Positions 23,347 to 32,454 of a stretch of DNA of 40,469 nucleotides are shown here, in pieces. The DNA is from a bacterium (GTDB lineage Bacteria > CLD3 > SB21): the NCBI GenBank assembly GCA_013360215.1, contig JABWCP010000006.1:1-40469 (forward strand). Reading direction: 5' to 3'. The translations under genes and the position numbers were made by a program. How positions within the stretch are numbered: position 1 is the first letter of the stretch; each line of letters begins with the position of its first letter. The notes beneath the pieces are model-generated. The model was not told the origin of the DNA. It did no database searches and saw only the letters and a list, made by a program, of their open reading frames with translations.

Positions 23347-24345
23347 TTAAAGTCGAACTTGTCGTAAATACGTCGCCGCATTTTCCGGCGCCGTAGGGTT
23401 AATAAAAAAACCGGAGCCCCATTCAAATCCGGCCACACGCGTCAACTTAGGAATAATCTCGATATGCCAATGGTACGCGTGATCGGGGACATAGGTATTG
23501 AGAGGCGCCGTATGCAATACAAAATTATAAGGCGGATGGTTCAACGCTTTCCGAAGGCGCATCAGTGTTTCCTGAAAAACCGAAGCCAAAGCGTTAATCT
23601 TTTCGTCATTCATATCTTCAAAACGCACTTCATGAGTTGCCGGTAAAATCCATGTTTCAAACGGAAAACGTGCCGCAAAAGGTTCCAAAGTGATGAAACC
23701 GTCGCGGTCTAATACAATGCGTCGATTATCTTTGCGATCATCATTTAAAATACCGCAAAATACGCACTGGTTATGAGTTTGATGAAAGTCTTGCGAGCCG
23801 CGCAATTCTTCCTCGACAGTTTTGGGTACGACCGGTGTTGCGATAAGCTGCGAATGCGTATGCTCCACCGTAGCTCCGGCGGGCGCACCTTGATTTTTAA
23901 AGATGAGCGCATATTTCAAACGCGTATCATTGCGCAGGTCGCGGATACGGTCACGATAAGCGCGGATAACATTGGTAAAATCCGGTGCGCTCATTTCTTC
24001 CAGCGTACACTGGTGCTGAGGCGATTCGATGATCACTTCATGGGCACCTAAACCGTCCATAAATTCGTAAAAACCATTATGCCGGTGGCTCTCCTGACCT
24101 TCTACCATCAGCGCAGGAAATTTATTAGGCACTACACGCAGAGACCAACCGGGTTGATCTTTCATAGTTCCTTCGTGACGAAAAGCCATAATTTCGCTTG
24201 GCGTTAAATGTTCGTTACCGGCACAAAAAGGGCAACTTGTGGTTAATTGCGACGGCGTCTCTGCAAAATCTGACGGACGCTTCCCGCGTTCCTCAGAGAT
24301 GATGACCCAACGATTGACGATCGGATCTTTACGTAGTTCAGACAT
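23347..24345 (-). CDS. galT: GalT-family nucleotidyltransferase (galactose-1-phosphate uridylyltransferase/ADP-glucose phosphorylase type)
   Basis: MSELRKDP, CPFC.GNE, RVVPNKFPAL, GAHEVIIESP.H, FKNQG..AGA..EHTHSQ, YHWHIEI.P, AGFEWGSG. Confidence 0.93.
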   Translation of the reverse strand: MSELRKDPIVNRWVIISEERGKRPSDFAETPSQLTTSCPFCAGNEHLTPSEIMAFRHEGTMKDQPGWSLRVVPNKFPALMVEGQESHRHNGFYEFMDGLGAHEVIIESPQHQCTLEEMSAPDFTNVIRAYRDRIRDLRNDTRLKYALIFKNQGAPAGATVEHTHSQLIATPVVPKTVEEELRGSQDFHQTHNQCVFCGILNDDRKDNRRIVLDRDGFITLEPFAARFPFETWILPATHEVRFEDMNDEKINALASVFQETLMRLRKALNHPPYNFVLHTAPLNTYVPDHAYHWHIEIIPKLTRVAGFEWGSGFFINPTAPENAATYLRQVRL

Positions 24346-24512
24346 AATGCGTTCTGAGAAACATGGAGTATGCCGTGATATATCTCAAAACCGAAATCGC
24401 AATGTCAGTCACAATATTATTATTCAATCGGTGCAGTTTAATTGTTGTAATTTATGAATTTTTTGTAAAAAAGACAAATGGAAAACTAAGTAAAATTACA
24501 TAAACAAAAAAC

Positions 24513-24541
24513 TTGCGCATGGAAGCAAATTGGATTAAGTT
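24513..24541 (+). promoter_or_regulatory. Putative promoter of the STAS gene
   Basis: TTGCGC (24513-24518), 17-nt spacer, TAAGTT (24536-24541), in an AT-rich divergent intergenic region. Confidence 0.35.
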
Positions 24542-24594
24542 GAAATCAATTGCAAAAAAACCAAACCGTCAGATTCTAAAGAGGATTTCCGCAC

Positions 24595-25269
24595 ATGGAG
24601 GGTATTCAAACTACGGTCAAGTTCGCCGGTCCTGGCGATAGCGTCGCTGTTATAAAGGTCGGAGGGTACATTGATACGACGACGTCATCCGAACTGGAAC
24701 GTACGCTAGGCTCTTTGCTCAAAAAGAACCAACACCGTATTGTGGTAGATCTTGGCGATGTGGATTATATCAGTTCCGCAGGCTGGGGTATTTTTATTTC
24801 TGAAATCAAGGGTATCAAAGAAAATAGCGGCGATCTTAAGCTAGTTCGCATGATCCCCGAAGTGTATGAAGTTTTTGAATTACTCGAGTTTCATTATATT
24901 CTCAAAGCGTACGATACGCTGGACGAAGCCGTGGATGCCTTTGTCAAAGAGTCCGGCGGATCCATGTCGGCTAAACCGAAAGACAGCACTCAAACTATGC
25001 AAGCGGCATCGGTTGCCAAACCCGTAACCGCGGCGCCTGTTACTAAACAGGCTTCGAAACCGGCCGACGAGGCGGAAGACGAAGAAGATAATACACCGGC
25101 CACAACCCAAGGCGACGAAACCCCGGATGAATATCTTGCACGTGCGGTGCGTCAATATCCGACCTTGAGCGCTTGGCAGTTGAAAAAAGTACTTATGACC
25201 TCCGATTTCGGTTTTACCAATATGGGTTGGTTTGAAATTAGAAAAAAAATGAAGTCCGTTCGCCGGTAA
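24595..25269 (+). CDS. STAS anti-sigma-factor antagonist with linker and extra C-terminal domain
   Basis: GYIDTTT, IVVDLGDVDYISSAGWG (phosphorylatable Ser), GDLKL, VYEVFELL; then an Ala/Pro/acidic linker and a ~45-aa helical domain. Confidence 0.88.
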   Translation: MEGIQTTVKFAGPGDSVAVIKVGGYIDTTTSSELERTLGSLLKKNQHRIVVDLGDVDYISSAGWGIFISEIKGIKENSGDLKLVRMIPEVYEVFELLEFHYILKAYDTLDEAVDAFVKESGGSMSAKPKDSTQTMQAASVAKPVTAAPVTKQASKPADEAEDEEDNTPATTQGDETPDEYLARAVRQYPTLSAWQLKKVLMTSDFGFTNMGWFEIRKKMKSVRR

Positions 25270-25277
25270 ATATTTTT

Positions 25278-28200
25278 ATGCATATTTTGTATTTGAAAAG
25301 TCTCCCGATCCGTTCGCGAGGCTTTTTTATTTTAGGGGTAGTATTTTTTTTCGCCTCACAAACCGCGCGGAGTATAGGCCAGTCCTATCTTCCGCGATGG
25401 CAACAAAAAATACATTATGTAATGGATGTTGATCTCGTCCCGGCGACCGGCATGCTTACCGGCCGACAAAAAATTATCTATACCAATAATTCGCCCGATA
25501 CACTGCACGCTTTGCATATGAATCTCTATGTTAATGCATTCCGCAAAAACAGCCGTATGCATCGTTACCACGAGGAGCGGGATAAATATTACGGCGGCAG
25601 TCTGATCTCGTATGTACCGGAGGCCTATCTGGGTTATAGCAAAGTACAAAATATTCGGGACGAACTTGGTCGCCTCTTATCACAACGTGAAGACGATACG
25701 TTACTGGAAATAACTTTAGCGGAGGCTATTCCACCGGGCGGTGTTTGTACGCTGACGCTGGATTTTGAGGTGAAAATTCCCGCACAAATTCGGCGCATGG
25801 GTCGTTTCAACCGGGAAGGCGTGAGCTTTTCCATAGCTCAGTGGTACCCCAAGTTGTGCGTTTATGATCATCGCGGATGGCATAAGAATTATTATCTTGC
25901 TCGTGAATTTTTTGGTGAATTTGCCACGTGGGACGTCAGCATCACCTTGCCCGCACACTACATCGTCGGCGCCAGCGGCCATCTGACCAATGCCGATAAC
26001 ATCTATGCTATGATGATGAGCGAACCCGAAAGCACTTCAATGGATCGCGTTTTACCGTCAAACGGCAACCAGGATTCCATACCGGAGGGGGTCGAGTCCT
26101 TGCAACGCAACCTCGCTGAAATTACGCGACAACAGTCGGTGACAGTGCCAAACCGCACATGGCGCTACCATGCAGAGGATATACATGACTTTGCTTTTGC
26201 TGCCGATCCCGACTATAAAGTGGAAATGTTTGATCATCGGGGCGTGCGTGTCAATTTATTGTGTCTGCCTGATGTCGAACAACGATGGGCTCCTATGAAG
26301 GAATGGGTAACGAAGATTATTGATTACATGGAAGCGCATGTTGGACGTTACCCGTATCCGGAGCTGACCGTTGCGCAGGCCGGCGACGGGGGGATGGAAT
26401 ATCCAAATATTGTTTTTATTACCGGACGCCGAGGAAATTTTAGCCTTGCCAGTGTCACGGCACACGAATTGATTCACAATTGGTTTTATGGTTTGCTGGC
26501 TAACGATGAGACACATGAGGCCTGGTTTGATGAGGGCATCACGTCTTATTATACGACGCGTCTTATGGAGCATTTATTTGGCCGGTATGCCAATAGGGAA
26601 TACGAAACCGAATTTCAAAAAAAATGGTTTCCTCGCGAGGATGCGCGCATCGCTACATTTACCGGTTGGGCGCATTGGGTAAAGCAGGGTTACGAGGAGC
26701 CCGTGTTGACGCATTCGGACTACTTCAAAAGCGATCCGTCGTACTCTATGGCAACGTATTACAAAGGTCAGATTTTTATGAATGCGCTCGAATATCGCTA
26801 CGGGCGTGAACGCCTTGACAGTCTCATGCGTGATTTTTTTGAAGTATACCAAAAGCATCATACGCTGACTGACGATTTTAAGCGTTTTCTCGAGTATAAA
26901 ACCGGTGAGAAATTAGATTCGTTATTTGATCAATGGCTCAATACAATAGAATATTGCGACTACGGCATAGCGCACATCACTAATTCAAAAAACGCTGCCG
27001 GTCAAAATCAGGTAAAAGTCAAATTAGTTCGTCGCGGCGCAATCACAATGCCTGTGGATTTGTATTTGAAACTGACCGACGGAAGCTGGACCGGCGTGCG
27101 CATTCCGGCGCGCCACGATGACCCGAATAAGCCGGGGTTGAAACGATGGACCGAATGGCCCGCATCCGATCCGACGTATACGTTGACGATGATAACTGAT
27201 TTGCCGGTGGACCGCGCTGAAATTGATACATCCGGACGGCTGCCGGATATCTTTCGGATGAACAATCGCAGTGGTTTCCTCCCGAAAACAGAGTGGCACT
27301 GGCAGCGTCCGCTGGGTATTTTACCGACGGCAGATACGTACGTGATCGAACATCGGCCGTCTTTGTGGTACAATCAGACGGATGCCGCCCGCATCGGTTG
27401 GAAAATGAGAGGCAAATGGGCCACCGATGAACACCAAATAAAAGCAGGGGTATACGCAGGCACCCGAAGCAGGACTATTGATTATGAAATAACATATAGT
27501 ACGCCGATGTATAGCATAGGCAGGCAAGTTTTTGTTGACATGGCTTCATACAAACTTGACGGCGTGTTTCAGAATGAATTATCGTTTCGTAAGAAGTGGT
27601 TCGGCGGTGCTTACGAACGTCCTCCGTATTATGACGTTTCATTAGGTCTTCGTACGTCGCGTCGTTTTAATTCGACGTATCTGAATCCGGGAGTATTTTG
27701 GGAAAAAGGGGACGTCCATGTTTTGACGGCGTCTTTACAATGGCAGCCACAAATCTTTGACAGTCCTCGTCTGAAAATGACCGTCGAAACTTCGACTTTC
27801 GCCTCGGATTATACATTTACCAAAGCCGATTTGACATATTACAAGCCTTGGGTACTAAAACGAAATGTGGCTACGCTGGAAAGTCGAATCTTTGCAGGAT
27901 TAGCTGACGGAAACGTGCCTTTGCAAGATCAGTTTTATCTGGCCGGCGCTTCGCCACGCCAAATGTTTGTTAATCCTTGGTACCGATCGGGAGGTACGCT
28001 GCCTGAAAAAGGCTGGCGTGATGCATCCGGTCAAAGGCATATCTATTACGACGGTCAAGGCAGTATGGCCGGATATGCGGATAGTAATGCGTTGGGTATG
28101 CATATTATTGCGATTAATCTGGATTTGAAACTGACTAACCCTCTAAAACCATTAATTAAAAAAGAAATTTTATTTATTACTCAATTTGAACCGATGCTGT

Positions 28201-28439
28201 TTTTTGACGCCGGCGGTGTATCCGGTAAAAGCGGAAAGCGGAGGCATTCTATACCCTCACTGGTTTTTGATGCAGGTTGTGGATTTCGGTATCTGCCCGC
28301 GTTTATTCCTTCGTGGATGGGTAATTATGCGATTAAAGCCGAATTTCCTCTATGGGTCAGCGATCCTTCGCTGGCCGGGCAGTCCGGCAAATCATGGGCT
28401 TTCCGTTGGTTGATAGGTTTCGAAAATGCGATTCGCTAA
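25278..28439 (+). CDS. Secreted M1 aminopeptidase with probable C-terminal outer-membrane beta-barrel
   Basis: Signal-like N-terminus, YTNNSPDTL, AQWYPK, HDFAFAAD, GGMEYP, AHELIHNWFYG...WFDEG (HExxH-18-E), YYKG; C-terminal amphipathic beta strands. Start codon uncertain. Confidence 0.9.
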   Translation: MHILYLKSLPIRSRGFFILGVVFFFASQTARSIGQSYLPRWQQKIHYVMDVDLVPATGMLTGRQKIIYTNNSPDTLHALHMNLYVNAFRKNSRMHRYHEERDKYYGGSLISYVPEAYLGYSKVQNIRDELGRLLSQREDDTLLEITLAEAIPPGGVCTLTLDFEVKIPAQIRRMGRFNREGVSFSIAQWYPKLCVYDHRGWHKNYYLAREFFGEFATWDVSITLPAHYIVGASGHLTNADNIYAMMMSEPESTSMDRVLPSNGNQDSIPEGVESLQRNLAEITRQQSVTVPNRTWRYHAEDIHDFAFAADPDYKVEMFDHRGVRVNLLCLPDVEQRWAPMKEWVTKIIDYMEAHVGRYPYPELTVAQAGDGGMEYPNIVFITGRRGNFSLASVTAHELIHNWFYGLLANDETHEAWFDEGITSYYTTRLMEHLFGRYANREYETEFQKKWFPREDARIATFTGWAHWVKQGYEEPVLTHSDYFKSDPSYSMATYYKGQIFMNALEYRYGRERLDSLMRDFFEVYQKHHTLTDDFKRFLEYKTGEKLDSLFDQWLNTIEYCDYGIAHITNSKNAAGQNQVKVKLVRRGAITMPVDLYLKLTDGSWTGVRIPARHDDPNKPGLKRWTEWPASDPTYTLTMITDLPVDRAEIDTSGRLPDIFRMNNRSGFLPKTEWHWQRPLGILPTADTYVIEHRPSLWYNQTDAARIGWKMRGKWATDEHQIKAGVYAGTRSRTIDYEITYSTPMYSIGRQVFVDMASYKLDGVFQNELSFRKKWFGGAYERPPYYDVSLGLRTSRRFNSTYLNPGVFWEKGDVHVLTASLQWQPQIFDSPRLKMTVETSTFASDYTFTKADLTYYKPWVLKRNVATLESRIFAGLADGNVPLQDQFYLAGASPRQMFVNPWYRSGGTLPEKGWRDASGQRHIYYDGQGSMAGYADSNALGMHIIAINLDLKLTNPLKPLIKKEILFITQFEPMLFFDAGGVSGKSGKRRHSIPSLVFDAGCGFRYLPAFIPSWMGNYAIKAEFPLWVSDPSLAGQSGKSWAFRWLIGFENAIR

Positions 28440-28471
28440 AACGTCGCTTATTTAAAAAAGAGGGGATATGT

Positions 28472-28675
28472 ATGGCTCAACACGTAAAAACTCCGTTTAA
28501 AATACTTGTGATAAAGACACTGATGATCGTATGGCAAAAAAAAATTGCCATACGCTATTGGTGCAGAACTTGTAACAAAAAGCATGATGACATCATACGA
28601 TATGGCGAAAAATACCCTAAATTTTCATGTTCGGCCTGCGGTAGCAATAATATCATTGACCTAAAGTATGAATAA
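28472..28675 (+). CDS. Small zinc-ribbon protein (67 aa)
   Basis: GAGGGG RBS before ATG 28472; CRTC...CSAC pair of CxxC motifs followed by GS. Confidence 0.6.
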   Translation: MAQHVKTPFKILVIKTLMIVWQKKIAIRYWCRTCNKKHDDIIRYGEKYPKFSCSACGSNNIIDLKYE

Positions 28676-28694
28676 ACAAAAATTCTTATTTTAT

Positions 28695-28723
28695 TTGACA
28701 AAATCCGTTGAAATACGTACTAT
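28695..28723 (+). promoter_or_regulatory. Strong sigma70-type promoter of the lipoprotein-LysM pair
   Basis: Consensus TTGACA (28695-28700), 17-nt spacer, TACTAT (28718-28723), with an AT-rich upstream element. Confidence 0.7.
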
Positions 28724-28789
28724 ACCCATAGAGCCTTAAAATCTATATTATTTTAGTACTTATAAATCCTATACGAAGGAGAACTCACT

Positions 28790-29062
28790 ATGTTGAAATC
28801 GAAGGCGTTGTTGGTGGCCGGTCTTTTTGCGCTGCTGACTATGGCGAGCTGCAAAAGCTACGCGACGCGCGAAGAATTACAGCAGTTAGATGACAACAAA
28901 GCCAAGACCAAGTCCATGGAAAACAAAGTTGTCGAGCTGACGAATGAAAAGAAACGCGTCGAACAGGAAGTGCAAACCAAAAAACAAAAATTAGAACAGG
29001 CCAAAAAAGAAAAATCTGAAGTATTGAAGCGCCTGGAAGAAATTGAAAAGAATAATAAGTAA
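28790..29062 (+). CDS. Small coiled-coil lipoprotein
   Basis: AAGGAG RBS; signal peptide with lipobox MASC; mature part of about 70 aa is all heptad coiled coil and ends in Lys. Confidence 0.88.
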   Translation: MLKSKALLVAGLFALLTMASCKSYATREELQQLDDNKAKTKSMENKVVELTNEKKRVEQEVQTKKQKLEQAKKEKSEVLKRLEEIEKNNK

Positions 29063-29087
29063 CGAAGACCGAGGAGACCTTACCAAA

Positions 29088-29960
29088 ATGAAAATCAAAT
29101 CCTTATTGGCGCTCGGCCTTTCGATCCTGATCACAGGCGCAACCGTACAAGCGCAAGATGAAGTCAAGATGGAAAAAGCCGATTGGGCTGCTCAAGTTGC
29201 TGCGCAACAACAACAGCAAGCCGCTCAACAGCGCACGATTGACAGCTTGAATAAAGCTATCAACGGTGTCAAAGAAGAAGGCACCAAAGTAGACCAAGAG
29301 ACCGAGCAAGTTTGGCAGGAAATTTATGCTGCCCTTGGTACGGATAAAGCCGGTGTTGAAGCGTACAAAAAACAGATCGCTGATCTTGAAGCCAAAGTTG
29401 CTGACCAATCAAAGCTGAGCGACGAAGCGTTGAGCAAACCTGAAAAACAAAAAGAACTCGAAGCACTCAAGGCCGAGACCATGGCGCTTAAAAAAGACAA
29501 GCGCTATGCATTGACGGAAACATATAACAAAGTCAATGATCTCAATAGCCGTGTGGACCAGGTGATCAGCCGTGGAAAAAACTATACGCCGCCCAAACCG
29601 CGTCATGATAGCTATAGCGTTGTCATGGGTGATTATTTGTGGCGCATCTCCGGTAAAAAGGAAGTGTATTCCGATCCGTTCCAATGGGTAAAAATTTACT
29701 CTGCTAACCGCGAACAGATCAAAAACCCGGATTTGATCTATGCCAATCAGACGTTTATCATTCCGCGTTCCGAAGAAGCCAATGAATACTGGGTACAACG
29801 CGGTGATAATCTGAAGTCGATCGCTCAATCACGTCTCGGTAATCCGTCCGACTGGTGGAAGATCTATAACGCGAATAAAAACGTTATTGATAACATCAAT
29901 AAAGGCGCTGATACCAAAGTGATCTATCCGCACACGATCCTGATCATTCCTAAGAACTAA
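29088..29960 (+). CDS. Secreted coiled-coil protein with two C-terminal LysM domains
   Basis: GAGGAG RBS before ATG 29088; signal peptide ending VQA|Q; long coiled coil; LysM1 YSVVMGDYLWRIS...IYSANREQIKNPDLIY, LysM2 YWVQRGDNLKSIA...IYNAN. Confidence 0.92.
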   Translation: MKIKSLLALGLSILITGATVQAQDEVKMEKADWAAQVAAQQQQQAAQQRTIDSLNKAINGVKEEGTKVDQETEQVWQEIYAALGTDKAGVEAYKKQIADLEAKVADQSKLSDEALSKPEKQKELEALKAETMALKKDKRYALTETYNKVNDLNSRVDQVISRGKNYTPPKPRHDSYSVVMGDYLWRISGKKEVYSDPFQWVKIYSANREQIKNPDLIYANQTFIIPRSEEANEYWVQRGDNLKSIAQSRLGNPSDWWKIYNANKNVIDNINKGADTKVIYPHTILIIPKN

Positions 29961-29996
29961 TGTCTGGCGAATGACACGCGTGTCAAAACTGTAAAC

Positions 29997-30036
29997 AAAA
30001 AGCTCCCGGATGAATGCATTCGGGAGCTTTTTCTTT
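29997..30036 (+). terminator. Intrinsic terminator after the LysM gene
   Basis: AGCTCCCGGATG-AATG-CATTCGGGAGCT followed by TTTTCTTT. Confidence 0.85.
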
Positions 30037-30050
30037 GTTAAGGAGTTATT

Positions 30051-31082
30051 TTGCCTCATACCGAAGAACGTAGTATCAAAATCAAAGGAATCAGTCCGCT
30101 GGTTCTTTTGGGGCCCAATGATATCAACCTGAAAATACTTGAGCGTGCTTATACTGCACGTATCGTAGTGCGCGGTGAAAATATAACACTCCGCGGCGAT
30201 GCGAGCGAAGTTCACCAGTTGGAAGAGATTTTTACGGAATTGATCTTTTTGGCCAATAAAAAATCGCGCCTCGATTCGGTGGATGTGGAAACGGTGATAC
30301 GTCTCGTAAAAACCGGCCGGGATGAGCATTCGAGCGAATCGGAGGGTGTTATCACGCATAAAAATCTAAATGCCGTCGTATTGTTTACTCATAAAGGTTT
30401 TATCGAGGCCAAGTCGGATATACAAAAATCGTATATCCGTGAAGCGCGGCAAAACGACATTATTTTTGCAATCGGGCCCGCCGGTACGGGCAAAACCTAT
30501 CTTGCTGTGGCGATTGCGGTAGCGGCATTAAAGAATAAAGAAGTGGACCGTATTGTGCTATCGCGTCCGGCCGTTGAAACGGGGGAAAGCCTCGGATTTT
30601 TGCCCGGTGATATGCATGAAAAAATAGATCCGTATTTACGGCCACTGTACGACGCGTTGCACGACATGATACCTTCGAACAAACTTCAAGATTATATGGC
30701 GCATCATGTCATCGAAATCGTACCGCTGGCCTATATGCGGGGACGCACACTCAGCAATGCCTTTGTGATTTTAGATGAAGCGCAGAATACCACGCCGACA
30801 CAAATGAAAATGTTTCTCACACGACTTGGCGCGAATGCCCGTGCCATTGTGACCGGCGACATCTCACAGAGCGATCTTCCGCGCGGTATGATGTCGGGAT
30901 TGCGCGAAGTGAAAGAAATTCTAACAGGTATCGAAGGTATTTCGTTCGTTTATTTTGACAAAAATGATGTCGTGCGTCACAAACTTGTACGTGATATAAT
31001 AAATGCGTATGATGCTTATGATGATGAACAGACCGGCGCGATACATCGAAAAAATTTATCCATCAAATCGAGTAACGAATAG
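30051..31082 (+). CDS. phoH: PhoH-family ATPase (YbeZ-like, with N-terminal KH-like domain)
   Basis: GPAGTGKTYLA, RPAVETGESLGFLPGD, EIVPLAYMRGRT, LDEAQN, MKMFLTRLG, DVVRH; TTG start with AAGGAG RBS. Confidence 0.95.
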   Translation: MPHTEERSIKIKGISPLVLLGPNDINLKILERAYTARIVVRGENITLRGDASEVHQLEEIFTELIFLANKKSRLDSVDVETVIRLVKTGRDEHSSESEGVITHKNLNAVVLFTHKGFIEAKSDIQKSYIREARQNDIIFAIGPAGTGKTYLAVAIAVAALKNKEVDRIVLSRPAVETGESLGFLPGDMHEKIDPYLRPLYDALHDMIPSNKLQDYMAHHVIEIVPLAYMRGRTLSNAFVILDEAQNTTPTQMKMFLTRLGANARAIVTGDISQSDLPRGMMSGLREVKEILTGIEGISFVYFDKNDVVRHKLVRDIINAYDAYDDEQTGAIHRKNLSIKSSNE

Positions 31083-31157
31083 AGAACATCGATCGCTTGA
31101 AAAAGCGTATTAGTTTGTTAAATCAATATCTTATATAAAGCAATCAGGAGTGTATAT

Positions 31158-32333
31158 ATGAAAGAAGTAGTCATAGTCAGCGCGGTGCGTACCCCGATCG
31201 GTTCATTTCAAGGGGCGCTGAGTGAAATCGTCGCTACCAAATTAGGCGCGATAGCCGTAGCCGAGGCGGTTAAGCGTGCGGGTATCAAACCGACCGACGT
31301 GGATGAAGTCATCATGGGCAATGTACTCACCGCCGGTGAAGGACAGGCTCCGGCGCGTCAAGCCGCGCTGTTTGCCGGTCTGCCTGAAAGCGTAACGTGT
31401 ATGACGATCAACAAAGTGTGCGGTTCGGGTCTTAAGGCCGTGATGCTTGCCACACAAGCTATACAATGCGGCGATGCGGATGTCGTGGTGGCCGGTGGAA
31501 TGGAAAGCATGAGTAACATTCCGTACATATTGGAAAAAGCCCGCACAGGCTATCGTATGGGCCATGGCCAGCTCGTGGACGCCATGATCAAAGACGGTTT
31601 ATGGGACGTGTATAATAATTTTCATATGGGTAGTGCGGCCGAGTTATGTGCAAAAGAATGCAATATTCCGCGGGACGCACAGGATGCCTTTGCTAAAACA
31701 AGTTATGAACGCGCGCAGAAATCCATCAAAGAAGGTGTATTTAAAGATGAAATCGTAGGCGTCACCGTGACCTCCAAAAAAGGCGACGTTGTGATTGCCG
31801 ATGACGAAGAACCCGGAAAAGCAAATTTTGAAAAAATGCTGACACTCAAACCTGCATTTCAAAAAGACGGCACGATCACGGCAGCCAATGCCTCCAAGAT
31901 CAATGACGGTGCTGCGGCATTGGTCGTGATGTCCCGCGAAAAAGCGGATAAACTCGGACTCAAGCCGTTGGTACGTATCGTGGCGCAAGCTTCATCGGCC
32001 CGTAAACCCGAATGGTTTACGACCGCGCCGATCGATGCCATCGGTAAGGTTTTGCAAAAAGCCAATCAGAAAATCGAAGATATTGACCTCTTTGAGATCA
32101 ATGAAGCGTTTGCCGTAGTAAGTATGGCTGCTGCGAATCAACTAAATATTCCTTCGGAAAAACTCAATGTCCATGGCGGTGCCATTGCGCTTGGCCACCC
32201 CATTGGCGCCAGCGGTGCGCGTATCTTGACCACGCTAATCCACGCGATGCAGCGTCACAACAAGAAGCGCGGTATGGCGGCGATATGCATCGGCGGCGGC
32301 GAAGCCAGTGCATTGATCGTAGAGCGAATCTGA
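31158..32333 (+). CDS. atoB: Acetyl-CoA C-acetyltransferase (thiolase)
   Basis: RTPIGSF, NKVCGSG catalytic Cys, [27 protein letters not shown]. Confidence 0.96.
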   Translation: MKEVVIVSAVRTPIGSFQGALSEIVATKLGAIAVAEAVKRAGIKPTDVDEVIMGNVLTAGEGQAPARQAALFAGLPESVTCMTINKVCGSGLKAVMLATQAIQCGDADVVVAGGMESMSNIPYILEKARTGYRMGHGQLVDAMIKDGLWDVYNNFHMGSAAELCAKECNIPRDAQDAFAKTSYERAQKSIKEGVFKDEIVGVTVTSKKGDVVIADDEEPGKANFEKMLTLKPAFQKDGTITAANASKINDGAAALVVMSREKADKLGLKPLVRIVAQASSARKPEWFTTAPIDAIGKVLQKANQKIEDIDLFEINEAFAVVSMAAANQLNIPSEKLNVHGGAIALGHPIGASGARILTTLIHAMQRHNKKRGMAAICIGGGEASALIVERI

Positions 32334-32359
32334 TTTGAATAACCTTTGTTCTTTTATGC

Positions 32360-32409
32360 AAGACACAGAATAGCGGTATGACGAATCTCATACATTCTGT
32401 GTCTTTTTT
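32360..32409 (+). terminator. Intrinsic terminator after the thiolase gene
   Basis: AAGACACAGAAT/ATTCTGTGTCTT stem with inner GTATGA/TCATAC, followed by a T run. Confidence 0.75.
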
Positions 32410-32454
32410 ATTTTTATATTGCGCCGCTGTTTTTATCAACTTACGAGGTATTTT

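Noticed and set aside
29186-29231. Gln/Ala-rich tract AAQVAAQQQQQAAQQ as a possible variable repeat
   Set aside because: Mixed CAA/CAG codons within a coiled coil; too short and impure for phase variation.
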